Source: a virus
Lineage: Duplodnaviria; Heunggongvirae; Uroviricota; Caudoviricetes
Direction: 5' to 3' (one strand)
IMG/VR virus record: IMGVR_UViG_3300047548_000621
Location: 8,200 to 72,199 of that record
DNA: 64,000 nt
Position 1 is the stretch's first letter. Every line of letters begins with the position of its first letter. Both the position numbers and the translations under genes were made by a program. This document shows, piece after piece, positions 16,227-25,276 of this stretch. The notes beneath the pieces are model-generated. The model ran no database searches, was not told where the DNA came from, and worked only from the letters and a program-made list of their open reading frames with translations.

Positions 16227-16300
16227 TGGTGCTCCCAGGAGGTACCGCCCCTCCGGCTCATCATTACCAATGATGTGTATTGCTTTTATACTATGGGAGC
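16227..16300 (-). tRNA. Atypical tRNA-Thr (GGU)-like with non-canonical T-loop (GGCGGUA) and D-loop (AAAAGCA)
   Basis: Perfect acceptor GCUCCCA/UGGGAGC with CCA. Anticodon stem CAUCA/UGAUG with loop UUGGUAA. T-stem GGAGG/CCUCC is perfect but the loop has no TΨC, and the D-loop has no GG. Confidence 0.4.
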
Positions 16301-16331
16301 CGACATCATATTTAGTATGCTAATTCCGGTG

Positions 16332-16928
16332 TTAATTTAAAGGAAGTCCTCTTGATGCTCTGCCATTGCCCTTATTACGACCTTTCCAAGTCGGCGTAAT
16401 ACTATGACAATTAGGACAAACTAATCTAAGGTTGGCGAATTCGTTATTTCCCGCGTTGCCGTCAATATGATCTAATTCCAACGACAATTTTGCGCCGCGC
16501 CATTCCGATATGCCACATTCAAAGCAGTTGCTTCCGTACTCACGAATCAACGCAGTTTTGATAGTCGTTCGTTCGGTTAGGTTTCCTTCATATAATCGTT
16601 TTTTAGTGTCCTCTCTAGTAGGAATATGCTGGCAATCTGCACTACAATATTTTTTTACTAGGTGCTTAGAAGAGGTGTGTTTTTTTCCGCAGCCTGCACA
16701 TTCCCATTCTACTTTGGTAGCTCTATTTTTATTAGAATGGGTAGCGGCGCAAGTGTGGTTACAGAATTTTTTGTGCCTATCAACATATGATAGTGTTTTG
16801 TTGCATTCCGCACAAGAACTAGGAGAACTGTCATAAAGTTCTACTCGTTGCAGTTTTTTCTTTTCTAAGGTAGCTCTGGCTTTTTTCATACCAAGCGCGC
16901 CTGCTTCTGCTTTTGTTAGTTTTCGCAT
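16332..16928 (-). CDS. HNH homing endonuclease
   Basis: 198 aa. LELDHIDGN...LRLVCPNCH HNH motif, several CxxC pairs. Confidence 0.6.
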   Translation of the reverse strand: MRKLTKAEAGALGMKKARATLEKKKLQRVELYDSSPSSCAECNKTLSYVDRHKKFCNHTCAATHSNKNRATKVEWECAGCGKKHTSSKHLVKKYCSADCQHIPTREDTKKRLYEGNLTERTTIKTALIREYGSNCFECGISEWRGAKLSLELDHIDGNAGNNEFANLRLVCPNCHSITPTWKGRNKGNGRASRGLPLN

Positions 16929-16993
16929 ATAATACTCTCCACAATGTATTTATGCTCTAGGTTCAAAACCAGCTAAAAGCAGCATTATAAAGT

Positions 16994-17067
16994 TGGATGC
17001 CCCTCTAGGACTCGAACCTAGGTTGACGGATTCAAAGTCCGCTCTCTTACCACTAGAGGAAGGGGCA
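16994..17067 (-). tRNA. tRNA-Gln (UUG)
   Basis: U1-A72 acceptor (UGCCCCU/AGGGGCA), anticodon stem GCGGA/UCCGU with loop CUUUGAA, T-arm CUAGGUUCGAGUCCUAG, CCA. Confidence 0.65.
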
Positions 17068-17085
17068 ATGTCAACTTGTAGACAC

Positions 17086-17114
17086 ATTATATATGCGATT
17101 GCATAAAATGTCAA
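17086..17114 (-). promoter_or_regulatory. Sigma70 / T4-early-like promoter, near consensus (minus strand)
   Basis: Minus strand reads TTGACA, 17 nt, TATAAT, about 20 nt upstream of tRNA-Gln(UUG). Confidence 0.55.
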
Positions 17115-17120
17115 ATAAAA

Positions 17121-17196
17121 TGGATGCCCGAGATGGGGTCGAACCACCAACCTCCTGGTTCAGAGCCAGGCGATCTGCCAATTGATCTATCGGGCA
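17121..17196 (-). tRNA. tRNA-Gln (CUG)
   Basis: U1-A72 acceptor (UGCCCGA/UCGGGCA), anticodon stem CCUGG/CCAGG with loop CUCUGAA, T-loop GGUUCGACCCC, CCA. Confidence 0.7.
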
Positions 17197-17918
17197 GCAT
17201 ACCATAAATTGTTATGTGTTATATAATCTAGCAATTGAACATCTGGATCAACATATTTTTGCACCTTCTGAAGGTATTCAGGATCCAGTAGCTTTTCTTT
17301 AAGAATCTCATAAACAAAACGTTTTGATTCACTTCCTTCATCATATCTATGATAGTTATCATTGATGATAAGGTTATTGTCATTGCGTAAAGTGCGTATG
17401 AAGGAACACAGTTCGTCTTCTAAACTATCGTCACATTTAAAAAATATACATTTATTAATGTTATAATGAAAAATCACATCAAGCTGCCTATTAGAATGCG
17501 TATCCAATCGCCCTAATTCAAATAAAAACTTAATGAATCTTTCGTTAGTGAATAGTTCTGTGCAAAAATCTAAATCATACCCAGACATATATTGGGCAAT
17601 ACCTGCTACCCAACGTTCAACAGGATCACGAAGAATTATAATATATCTTCTTCTAAGGCCAAGCTTCCTTAATTCTTTTCTCGTGAAACATAGATTTTCT
17701 TCAAATAATTTTGAAACCCAGCAATGAGCATTCTTTAATATAGGTAAATACGCATAGTGAATTGAACCTATTTTAGCTGAATATATGTTCCCGCCGATTG
17801 GAGGATAATACTTCGGTGCAGTTTTCTGTATTGGGATATTAGGTTTAATATTAAACAACATATGTTTATTTATTAGTAAAGCATTCGTTACTAAAGAATA
17901 CTCAAGGTGCCGATCCAA
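17187..17918 (-). CDS. Sulfotransferase-family-like protein
   Basis: 243 aa. RDPVERWVAG resembles the sulfotransferase RDP..R..S region. The true start may be the internal Met (MLFNIKP). Confidence 0.35.
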   Translation of the reverse strand: MDRHLEYSLVTNALLINKHMLFNIKPNIPIQKTAPKYYPPIGGNIYSAKIGSIHYAYLPILKNAHCWVSKLFEENLCFTRKELRKLGLRRRYIIILRDPVERWVAGIAQYMSGYDLDFCTELFTNERFIKFLFELGRLDTHSNRQLDVIFHYNINKCIFFKCDDSLEDELCSFIRTLRNDNNLIINDNYHRYDEGSESKRFVYEILKEKLLDPEYLQKVQKYVDPDVQLLDYITHNNLWYAAR

Positions 17919-18150
17919 GGTTCACAGCCGAGGGGCGTTGTTCTTCTCTCATATTCTTGAATAATGAATGGTTAGCCTTTTGTTGACAAGCGATCTATGT
18001 TGTCTGGCATTTCAGACTTGACCGCTTGAAGGGAATCACTATGTTCCCTACTGATAGATTTTTCATCGCACTAAAGCGAATCCATCCTTACCACCGCCCC
18101 TTCTTTTTTTATAGTGCTTTGCAGGCTCGTTCCGACTTGCACTGTTAGTA

Positions 18151-18181
18151 ATAAAAAACCCCAGAAACTTGAGTTTCCGGG
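18151..18181 (-). terminator. Rho-independent terminator (minus strand)
   Basis: Minus strand reads CCCCGGAAACU-CA-AGUUUCUGGGG (an 11-bp stem with one G-U) followed by UUUUUU. Confidence 0.55.
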
Positions 18182-18478
18182 GGACAAATAAACTAGTTTA
18201 TAACTATGCTTACTTCATCCCCTCATACCCCATTCAATCATTGAATTAAAGGTATTGCGGGCACTTGTTGGATATACTGCCGCAACCTGACCCAATAAGG
18301 AATCGAGTCCCCCGAGTCTATGTTGTTTCAGACATATGTTACGAGTGTTAGTATTCATAGTAAGTTTATTTAGTCCTGGTTTAAAATAGTGCATTTTAAC
18401 GGCTAGTTTTTCAACTTTTCGTCAATCTGCGCTACAATTACTCTTATATATCATTTGAAAAACATTGTCAAGAAAAAA

Positions 18479-18721
18479 TTATCCGCTTAACAATTTATAA
18501 ACTTCGTCGCAATCATTCAATATGCTGTTTAGTGAACGACCATTGCAACGAAGACCGAGCGTGTAAGCAGGGTCTTCAATTACCACGCCGAACTTCCCAT
18601 CATACATAATGAAGTCACCCTGGCGCAGAGTTTTGACATTACTAAAATCAACACGAGGTCCATATTTCATACCAATCTCCTTGCTATATCTCTTTATAGC
18701 AGTTTGAGCTTTCTGTGTCAA
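18479..18721 (-). CDS. Hypothetical protein
   Basis: 80-aa ORF. Confidence 0.3.
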   Translation of the reverse strand: MTQKAQTAIKRYSKEIGMKYGPRVDFSNVKTLRQGDFIMYDGKFGVVIEDPAYTLGLRCNGRSLNSILNDCDEVYKLLSG

Positions 18722-18746
18722 CCGTTTTCTTCTATCTAAATAGAAG

Positions 18747-19307
18747 ATGAACTACGATAGCTTCTCTCACGGTCAAATCCAATCCAAACTATGGCTTTGC
18801 AAGGAGCTTGAAAAGTTTGTCCACGCTAACATCAAGATTGCTATCTTGGGTAGCTGGTACAATGTTTTATCGTTTATGCTTCTTACTAGGAATGCGGACA
18901 GATATCAATATATTTTGGGCGTGGACCTTGACCCAGAGACAAAAGAAATTGCCGACAAGATCACCGAAGCGTGGCGAATCGGTAAGGATTATAAGGTTGA
19001 GAACATTATAGCGGACGCAAATCTTGTAAATTTAGCTGGCTACGACCTTGTAATCAATTGTTCACCTGAACACTTGACCGGAAATGATTGGTTTGAGAAT
19101 CTTGAGTATGGCACTATGGTCTGCATTCAATCAAGCGATGTGCAGACAAGTGACGATGATGTTTGGAAGTGTGTCAATCCAAATGAAAGTTTGGAAGATT
19201 TGGTATTAAAATACCCGTTATCAAAGTATCTTTACTCCGGTGAAAAGGAGATAAGGTATACTGAGGATAACGGGTATAAAAGATTTATGCTGATTGGAAT
19301 CAAATAA
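18747..19307 (+). CDS. Hypothetical protein (possible Rossmann/SAM-MTase-like fold)
   Basis: 186 aa, one of the few plus-strand genes. Contains AILGSWYNV...GVDLDPE, which resembles methyltransferase motif I and the post-I acidic residue. Confidence 0.3.
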   Translation: MNYDSFSHGQIQSKLWLCKELEKFVHANIKIAILGSWYNVLSFMLLTRNADRYQYILGVDLDPETKEIADKITEAWRIGKDYKVENIIADANLVNLAGYDLVINCSPEHLTGNDWFENLEYGTMVCIQSSDVQTSDDDVWKCVNPNESLEDLVLKYPLSKYLYSGEKEIRYTEDNGYKRFMLIGIK

Positions 19308-19767
19308 GACACTTGCTGATTGCAGGAATTACACTTGCAATATCAGCAACAGATTTGATTTGGTCGCTCGGAAATCCATTCAATAATAGATTATTGATTG
19401 TTTGTTGAGCAATATGTGAGTTACCCAAAACTAACGCACTAGCTAATGCATAAGGGGTGTCATATGATGGAACATAAGGTGTACCGAGTAAACAAACATC
19501 ATATGTCATATTAACAATATCAACTGACATAGCTGCAACAGTTTTGGCAATATCTTCACGAATATCATTACCGAACAATACATCGCTCATAGTAATTTCA
19601 AACGCAAGTTCTCCGTTTCCATCAGCAAGTGCAGCAGCTAATGCGCAACTATGCGCTACAGCATCACCTAAATTATGTTCAGTCATTACAGACTGAATCT
19701 TGTTACCTAAATCTTCTGCATAACCAGGAAGACTTATAGTAAGTGTTTTTACCCAATCTCTGTTCAC
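19300..19767 (-). CDS. Hypothetical protein
   Basis: 155-aa Ala-rich ORF. Confidence 0.3.
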   Translation of the reverse strand: MNRDWVKTLTISLPGYAEDLGNKIQSVMTEHNLGDAVAHSCALAAALADGNGELAFEITMSDVLFGNDIREDIAKTVAAMSVDIVNMTYDVCLLGTPYVPSYDTPYALASALVLGNSHIAQQTINNLLLNGFPSDQIKSVADIASVIPAISKCLI

Positions 19768-20390
19768 GGATTCAAATCCTCTAATACTTGTTGATAAATG
19801 CGTCTTGCACCATTTCCGCTAGGATGAATCCCATCACCGAGATGACCATAGTTTTCAAGTGGACCTAAGAATACAACATCTTCCTGTCTTGCTAGATTAG
19901 CAAGCTGTCCATTGACATTTTCTTTTCTAAAGTTAACACGATATGTGCCATAGCGATTATGAATCCAAGGGCTAGTGTTGCTACCAGTTCCTACAAGAAA
20001 CACCAATGCGCCAGCAGCCTTCAATCTGCCAATCTGTTGTCTAATAGGTCTAATATCAAGACTACGACCCTGACCATTCTTACGCTCATAAGTGCTATTG
20101 CTAGCACCACTGCTTAGAATGACAACACTTCCTCGTGCCTTTCCAGTAGCGATGAAATTATCAATGTAACGCAAGATGGTTACAGTATCCTTACCACCCT
20201 TGCGCCAGCGATTATTTCCGGCGCGATCTAAACCATTTTCGTTGGCAATACCAACTGCGATACTATCACCGATCACATACACACGGTCTATTCCGTTAAC
20301 AATCACGTGGCTATTAGTGACACGAATGTTAGCATATGCCGGAGTGGCAACTAACATTGATATAATTACTAAAAACAACTTTTTAAACAT
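19764..20390 (-). CDS. Secreted SGNH/GDSL-family hydrolase
   Basis: Signal peptide, then VIGDSIAVG (block I with catalytic Ser) and C-terminal DGIHP (DxxH). Confidence 0.6.
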   Translation of the reverse strand: MFKKLFLVIISMLVATPAYANIRVTNSHVIVNGIDRVYVIGDSIAVGIANENGLDRAGNNRWRKGGKDTVTILRYIDNFIATGKARGSVVILSSGASNSTYERKNGQGRSLDIRPIRQQIGRLKAAGALVFLVGTGSNTSPWIHNRYGTYRVNFRKENVNGQLANLARQEDVVFLGPLENYGHLGDGIHPSGNGARRIYQQVLEDLNP

Positions 20391-20438
20391 ACTCTATCCT
20401 TTATACATAGGTTGGAAGGGACTAAGTCCCTTCCTAAA

Positions 20439-21506
20439 TTAAAATGCAAGTGCGCTGTAATCGTACAGTACCTTTTCCTTGACACGAGTAAGAATGAGCC
20501 TTGCACCCTTGCTTTCAAAGATAAACATTCCCTTCTGTGAATCCAAATTGATAAGATTTTCGGGAGTGAACTTAAACTCCTTCCATTCAGCCTCATCATT
20601 GTTAGGGTCAGTATCATATTCGATATTAACACCAGACACAGCAAGCGGGTTGCCTCGCCATTCACAGTATTCCAAACGCTCACTAGGAATTTCAGCACCA
20701 CAATCAATGAGAGTGATATCGTACCTAGCACCACTGTCATATTCAGGCTTTGCGTTAAGCATTTCAAGTGCCTCACTCGGGCTTTCGTTATATCGGTTCA
20801 TTTCTTCAATAAGAGCCTTAAGCATATCAAAGTTGAACTCACCAAACAAACTCGTAAGACCACAAATTTGGTCAATATACTGCTTGTTATTAAGACGATC
20901 CTCACAATATTCACGAATGAAGGTTACATCAAGTCCCTTAAAATCAAGCAGGTAGAACAGTCGACCGGGGCGATTACGCATATGCTCATTGACACGCCAC
21001 TTGTCATTCACGGTGAGGATGTAAAGCTTCTTACTACCGAATACACCATCAAGCAGTGTGAGGATTTCCTCCTGCTTGTCGCGGTCGTATACCTTCTCAA
21101 ACTCATCAAAAAGAATGACGCACGGCTGATCAATATCCTGCAATAGCTTGAAGAAGCCATCACCAGTCCAATCACGATTGATCACGATAGTAGGGACGCC
21201 TTGCTTTGCAAGTTCGATAGAGATATTCTTAGCAAGCAGCGTCTTGCCACTACCCTTTTCACCGTTCAACAGAACACCCGTCTGCTGGGGACGGTCCCAA
21301 AACGAATTGATAATCCGATCAGTGTGACGGAGAGTATTACCGTACAACTTTGACGGAATTTCAAAGTTTTCAATCTGATCAAGATAGAAATTACCAAAAG
21401 GATCTACCGCAACGGTATAGTTGCCTGCAGGAAGTTGCTCGTGTAGATTCATTGCTTCCTTGCTGGAAACACGAAAAGTAGTACCACTCTTAAGAAAGTA
21501 TGCCAT
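20439..21506 (-). CDS. AAA+ ATPase
   Basis: 355 aa. Walker A GEKGSGKTLLAKNI, Walker B ILFDEFEKV. Confidence 0.6.
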   Translation of the reverse strand: MAYFLKSGTTFRVSSKEAMNLHEQLPAGNYTVAVDPFGNFYLDQIENFEIPSKLYGNTLRHTDRIINSFWDRPQQTGVLLNGEKGSGKTLLAKNISIELAKQGVPTIVINRDWTGDGFFKLLQDIDQPCVILFDEFEKVYDRDKQEEILTLLDGVFGSKKLYILTVNDKWRVNEHMRNRPGRLFYLLDFKGLDVTFIREYCEDRLNNKQYIDQICGLTSLFGEFNFDMLKALIEEMNRYNESPSEALEMLNAKPEYDSGARYDITLIDCGAEIPSERLEYCEWRGNPLAVSGVNIEYDTDPNNDEAEWKEFKFTPENLINLDSQKGMFIFESKGARLILTRVKEKVLYDYSALAF

Positions 21507-21513
21507 ATTATCC

Positions 21514-21837
21514 TCAAAACTTTAGTAGGTTAAACGCAAGCAGGATATCCCGCTTGTCTTCGTCAACTGGATGAACTGCCAGTGCAGTATACTCACCTTC
21601 ATTTAGATCAGGTTCATAAAACTTTTCATACTTGAATCCAAACTTAGTGAGAATCTTTTCAACAGCCTCGAGGGCTTCTAGGTTGCGAACGCCAACACAA
21701 GTAAAGTATGTGTTGTCAGGATCTTCGGTGGAGCCGAGCTTGAACCCCAGCTTCATAGCAACGTGTGCGGTCTGCACAAGCTGGTACTCCTTGAAAATAT
21801 CTTGTCTGGTGAAAAAATATGCGTATCGTTTTGTCAT
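21514..21837 (-). CDS. Hypothetical protein
   Basis: 107-aa ORF. Confidence 0.3.
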   Translation of the reverse strand: MTKRYAYFFTRQDIFKEYQLVQTAHVAMKLGFKLGSTEDPDNTYFTCVGVRNLEALEAVEKILTKFGFKYEKFYEPDLNEGEYTALAVHPVDEDKRDILLAFNLLKF

Positions 21838-21884
21838 AGTTTCTTATAACAGGAGTTGACCCTAAAGTCAACCCCTTATTATCC

Positions 21885-23258
21885 TCACTTGTTAGCGTTT
21901 GCCCGAACTTCGTCAAAAGTCATATCACGAACAAGAACACCATTTTCAAAAACTGCTTCAAGCATATCCGTAGCAAAAATGTATTCACGGTCATCGCTAC
22001 GAACAGTATGGTACGTTCCATCAACAAACTTGATCAGCTTGAGCTTACCCTTCTTGCTCTGCTTGCCCTTGTCAGTGATCGGGTCCTTGAAAACATCAAC
22101 CCACTTACCATCAACAAGTGCCGCGCTGCACTTCATAGCGAAGCGGAAATCATCTCTATTCACAGTCTGAAGTAACATTCCGCCCTGACCGAAAGCCACA
22201 TTGTCAGCACTGTAACCAGCAAGCGTGATCGTGTAGAGAATGCTACGAATAGTCTGGTGATTGATGCCGTCACCCTGCAAGACACGGACATTGTTCAATA
22301 CCTTGTAGCCCTTGTCATTAACAGTGTGACCAAAGTTCTTGTCAAGAATCTTGAGGCACTTGCAGACAACATCAGCTGGATCTCCCGAGTCAGGACGAAC
22401 AACAAGAGTAGCACCACTATCAAGAACATCCTGCTTAAGTTCGGTACCCCACATTTCGCAAGCAGCGAAAATGTCATAGCTGTCCGAAACACAAGCAAAG
22501 ATACCACCTGGCTTTGCGTTCTGTTTGATCATATTGCGATAGCTGTCAACCTCGTGTTCACGCCCCCAGCTGGTTACAGTGCTGTGTTCCATTGCAGGAA
22601 CGCTAAACCCAGCCATGTCAGCATTGTAATAACGACGGGCAAAAAGCAGAGCCTCAACGGTGTCGGTCCCTTGAAAATTAACCAAGTGCGCGGCACCACC
22701 AATTCCTGCACTTTCCAAACTGCTAACCCCACGAGCACCGAAATCGTGAAGTTTAAAATCAATAGTAGTAGGATCACCAGTTTTCTCCAGATATTCAAGA
22801 ATCAATTTCTTGTTTTCATAGCTGTTAGTAGCAACAGTAGTAGGATACCAAATTGCACGAAGCAGCGCCGTTTCGAGGAACGAAGTCAGCCAGTAACAGT
22901 TAGGATCAGTGTTTTCAATCGTAACGAGAACATTACCAGTAGGAATGACAAGACCCTCAGGTGCTGCTTTAATGCGAACAGGAAGATATCCGTTATGTTC
23001 TAGAAGAATGTAAATCCAGCCTTCTCGATTAAAAGGTTCGCCGTGTGCTGTAATGATAGCTTCCGCTTCTTGGATCATTTCAAGCGTAATCGGGGTAAGC
23101 AAATATTCCTTAATAAAGGCCTGAAGTCCGAAGAAAACAGTAGCATCGTGTTTGCCACCGCGGCTTTCAATGTAGCTGTAGATACCAGTTGTGTTGGGAG
23201 GGTATTGATTGAACTGCGAATACTTATAGCTATCCGCGTTAAGAATAATGTTGTGCAT
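21885..23258 (-). CDS. nadV: Nicotinamide phosphoribosyltransferase (NAMPT)
   Basis: 457 aa. N-terminal NIILNADSYKYSQFNQYPPNTTGIYSYIESRGG is characteristic of NAMPT/NadV. Length fits. Confidence 0.85.
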   Translation of the reverse strand: MHNIILNADSYKYSQFNQYPPNTTGIYSYIESRGGKHDATVFFGLQAFIKEYLLTPITLEMIQEAEAIITAHGEPFNREGWIYILLEHNGYLPVRIKAAPEGLVIPTGNVLVTIENTDPNCYWLTSFLETALLRAIWYPTTVATNSYENKKLILEYLEKTGDPTTIDFKLHDFGARGVSSLESAGIGGAAHLVNFQGTDTVEALLFARRYYNADMAGFSVPAMEHSTVTSWGREHEVDSYRNMIKQNAKPGGIFACVSDSYDIFAACEMWGTELKQDVLDSGATLVVRPDSGDPADVVCKCLKILDKNFGHTVNDKGYKVLNNVRVLQGDGINHQTIRSILYTITLAGYSADNVAFGQGGMLLQTVNRDDFRFAMKCSAALVDGKWVDVFKDPITDKGKQSKKGKLKLIKFVDGTYHTVRSDDREYIFATDMLEAVFENGVLVRDMTFDEVRANANK

Positions 23259-23337
23259 AATAGAACTCCTCTATTTAAAATGCTAGCTTCTATCAGCTAG
23301 ACTTGATGATTGACTATAACAAATCTCTAGCAGAATG

Positions 23338-23934
23338 TCAACCGAATTCTACAAGGGTGACGGACCCGCCCTTACTAGAAACCTTTTCAGCAAAGTCTTC
23401 AATCATCGCAATGATGCGATCCTTATCACCCCCTGCAAGTCCCATACCGATGTAGGGGAAGCCGAAATTAAACATTTCCCCACCAAGTTGTCGGGCAGGC
23501 TTAGTTGCAGTTTGCCATGCCTTGGTATTTCCCTTGCCTGACCTCCAGCGAGTTTCAGCAAGTTCATTAGCAACCTTAGCACTGTCTTCGGAATGTGCTA
23601 CCTTTTCATACAGTGTGTCAAGAATGCGCTGGAATGCTTCATATTCAAAATGATCCTTGTCACGAGGTGCAAAGTCATATTGAGTATACGCATTCACTAT
23701 GAGAAAAGGATTATCCGCTTTTTTTACTACTTCAAGAGAGAAGGTACCTAGTTTGTCCCTATCACTCTTTACCGTAGCAAGGTCAGCTTCATATGCCTCC
23801 GGATATCGTTCACGAATCTCCTTAGCGATTCCAGAACCCATCGTGTGGTGACAATTACAACCATGAACTATCACAGTGAATTCTCCCTGTTCAGCGAGGT
23901 CAATGAGATTTCCCTTAGTGTGCTTAAGCATCAT
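23338..23934 (-). CDS. Macro-domain-like protein (tentative)
   Basis: 198 aa with Gly-rich loops (HGCNCHHTMGSGIAKEI, GFPYIGMGLAGGD) reminiscent of ADP-ribose-binding macro folds. Sits between nadV and natV. Confidence 0.3.
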   Translation of the reverse strand: MMLKHTKGNLIDLAEQGEFTVIVHGCNCHHTMGSGIAKEIRERYPEAYEADLATVKSDRDKLGTFSLEVVKKADNPFLIVNAYTQYDFAPRDKDHFEYEAFQRILDTLYEKVAHSEDSAKVANELAETRWRSGKGNTKAWQTATKPARQLGGEMFNFGFPYIGMGLAGGDKDRIIAMIEDFAEKVSSKGGSVTLVEFG

Positions 23935-24134
23935 CGTCTCCGATCCGTGAAAACATTTTTACCGCATTGCGGGCACTTGATGCCGCGATCAACCGAATAA
24001 TCACCTAAATAATCGTAGCTGTGCTTGATGGACTGCACTTCACTCTGGGTATATTCTAGAACCGAAGCACAAGACCAACAAGTAACACGATGGACGGCTG
24101 ATTCGTCTCTTCCTACAACCTTAACCATAATCAA
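23931..24134 (-). CDS. Small zinc-ribbon protein
   Basis: 67 aa. CWSC...CPQC. Confidence 0.35.
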   Translation of the reverse strand: MIMVKVVGRDESAVHRVTCWSCASVLEYTQSEVQSIKHSYDYLGDYSVDRGIKCPQCGKNVFTDRRR

Positions 24135-25180
24135 AGCCCCAGAAAATATTGAATGATATGAAAGTGATCATCAAACAGGTCTTCCTCACGAAGATCACCA
24201 ATCGGTACCCACTTTGCCTTTTCAGCATCGTCAGCACCCTTCACCTTTGGCAATGTAACATCGTCTGCCAACTTGAAGTGGTATGCCTTCGTGATAACAC
24301 GACCAAGCGTAGAACGATAAGGATCGTCAAAGGTTTGATGGTCACGAATGCTACCACGCAATACAGCTTCCGGAACCTTGATCTTGGTTTCTTCACGAAG
24401 TTCACGAATAGCACCATCAAGCTGACGCTCAAATTCGTTTAGGTGACCGCCAGGCAATGCCCACAGTCCCTTACCAGGTTCTGCTTTACGCTTGACAAGC
24501 AGGATGTGACCACTCTGTTCAACTACTGCATCAACAGTGGCGTGCTTCACAGGATAGGGCGAAACTTCCCACTGCTTCTTGTAGTTACGAACGAACTTAA
24601 GTTCACTCTGCAATTGCTTAAAAGCATCGGTGTTATAAAAGTTTATAATGAACTGTAGAACGCTTTCAGGAATAGCATCATTATGAATAAACTCTCCCGA
24701 CAACCACTTCTCCCGAATATAGGTAGCGTGAACATCAGCCTGAATCTCAACATTCACCGAGCGAAACTGTGGGAACATCTTTAGATAATAGCTGGTGTTA
24801 TCCTTGCTAGCACCGATCAATCCAACCTTAGCATCGTTGAATCCATTTGCGCGGAAGCCGAAGTTGTTGACAACATCAAGCACAGTGTCCTTAACGATAT
24901 GCTGAACCTGATTGATCCAGGCAGCTTCGTTATATGTCTTGTCATAGAGTGGCTTGATGATCAGCCTAGATGCATCTCCGCCGCGCATAGCACCAAAAAT
25001 CATATCTGCTCGTTCTTGGAACGTGAATGGGTTACGGATCGTGCGGGCCTTACCTGCCGAACCTACGAGAACCAATACATTTTTAGATTTTTGTAGCGCA
25101 ATATCGATAATACGCTTATGCTCGTTGTGTAGTGGCTGAAACCTACCTACAAAGACCAATAGGTCAAACTCTTTTTCCAT
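24131..25180 (-). CDS. natV: Bifunctional NMN adenylyltransferase / Nudix hydrolase
   Basis: 349 aa. N-terminal VFVGRFQPLHNEH is the (H/T)xGH nucleotidyltransferase motif. C-terminal GGHLNEFERQLDGAIRELREETKI is a Nudix box. Confidence 0.85.
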   Translation of the reverse strand: MEKEFDLLVFVGRFQPLHNEHKRIIDIALQKSKNVLVLVGSAGKARTIRNPFTFQERADMIFGAMRGGDASRLIIKPLYDKTYNEAAWINQVQHIVKDTVLDVVNNFGFRANGFNDAKVGLIGASKDNTSYYLKMFPQFRSVNVEIQADVHATYIREKWLSGEFIHNDAIPESVLQFIINFYNTDAFKQLQSELKFVRNYKKQWEVSPYPVKHATVDAVVEQSGHILLVKRKAEPGKGLWALPGGHLNEFERQLDGAIRELREETKIKVPEAVLRGSIRDHQTFDDPYRSTLGRVITKAYHFKLADDVTLPKVKGADDAEKAKWVPIGDLREEDLFDDHFHIIQYFLGL

Positions 25181-25276
25181 TGCTCAAAACTCCTTTGAAG
25201 CTATTTTAATGTAGCGAGTCTATCTCGCTACAGTCTTATTTATACTTGGAAAGTAGGATAAAGTCAATAACTTTCT

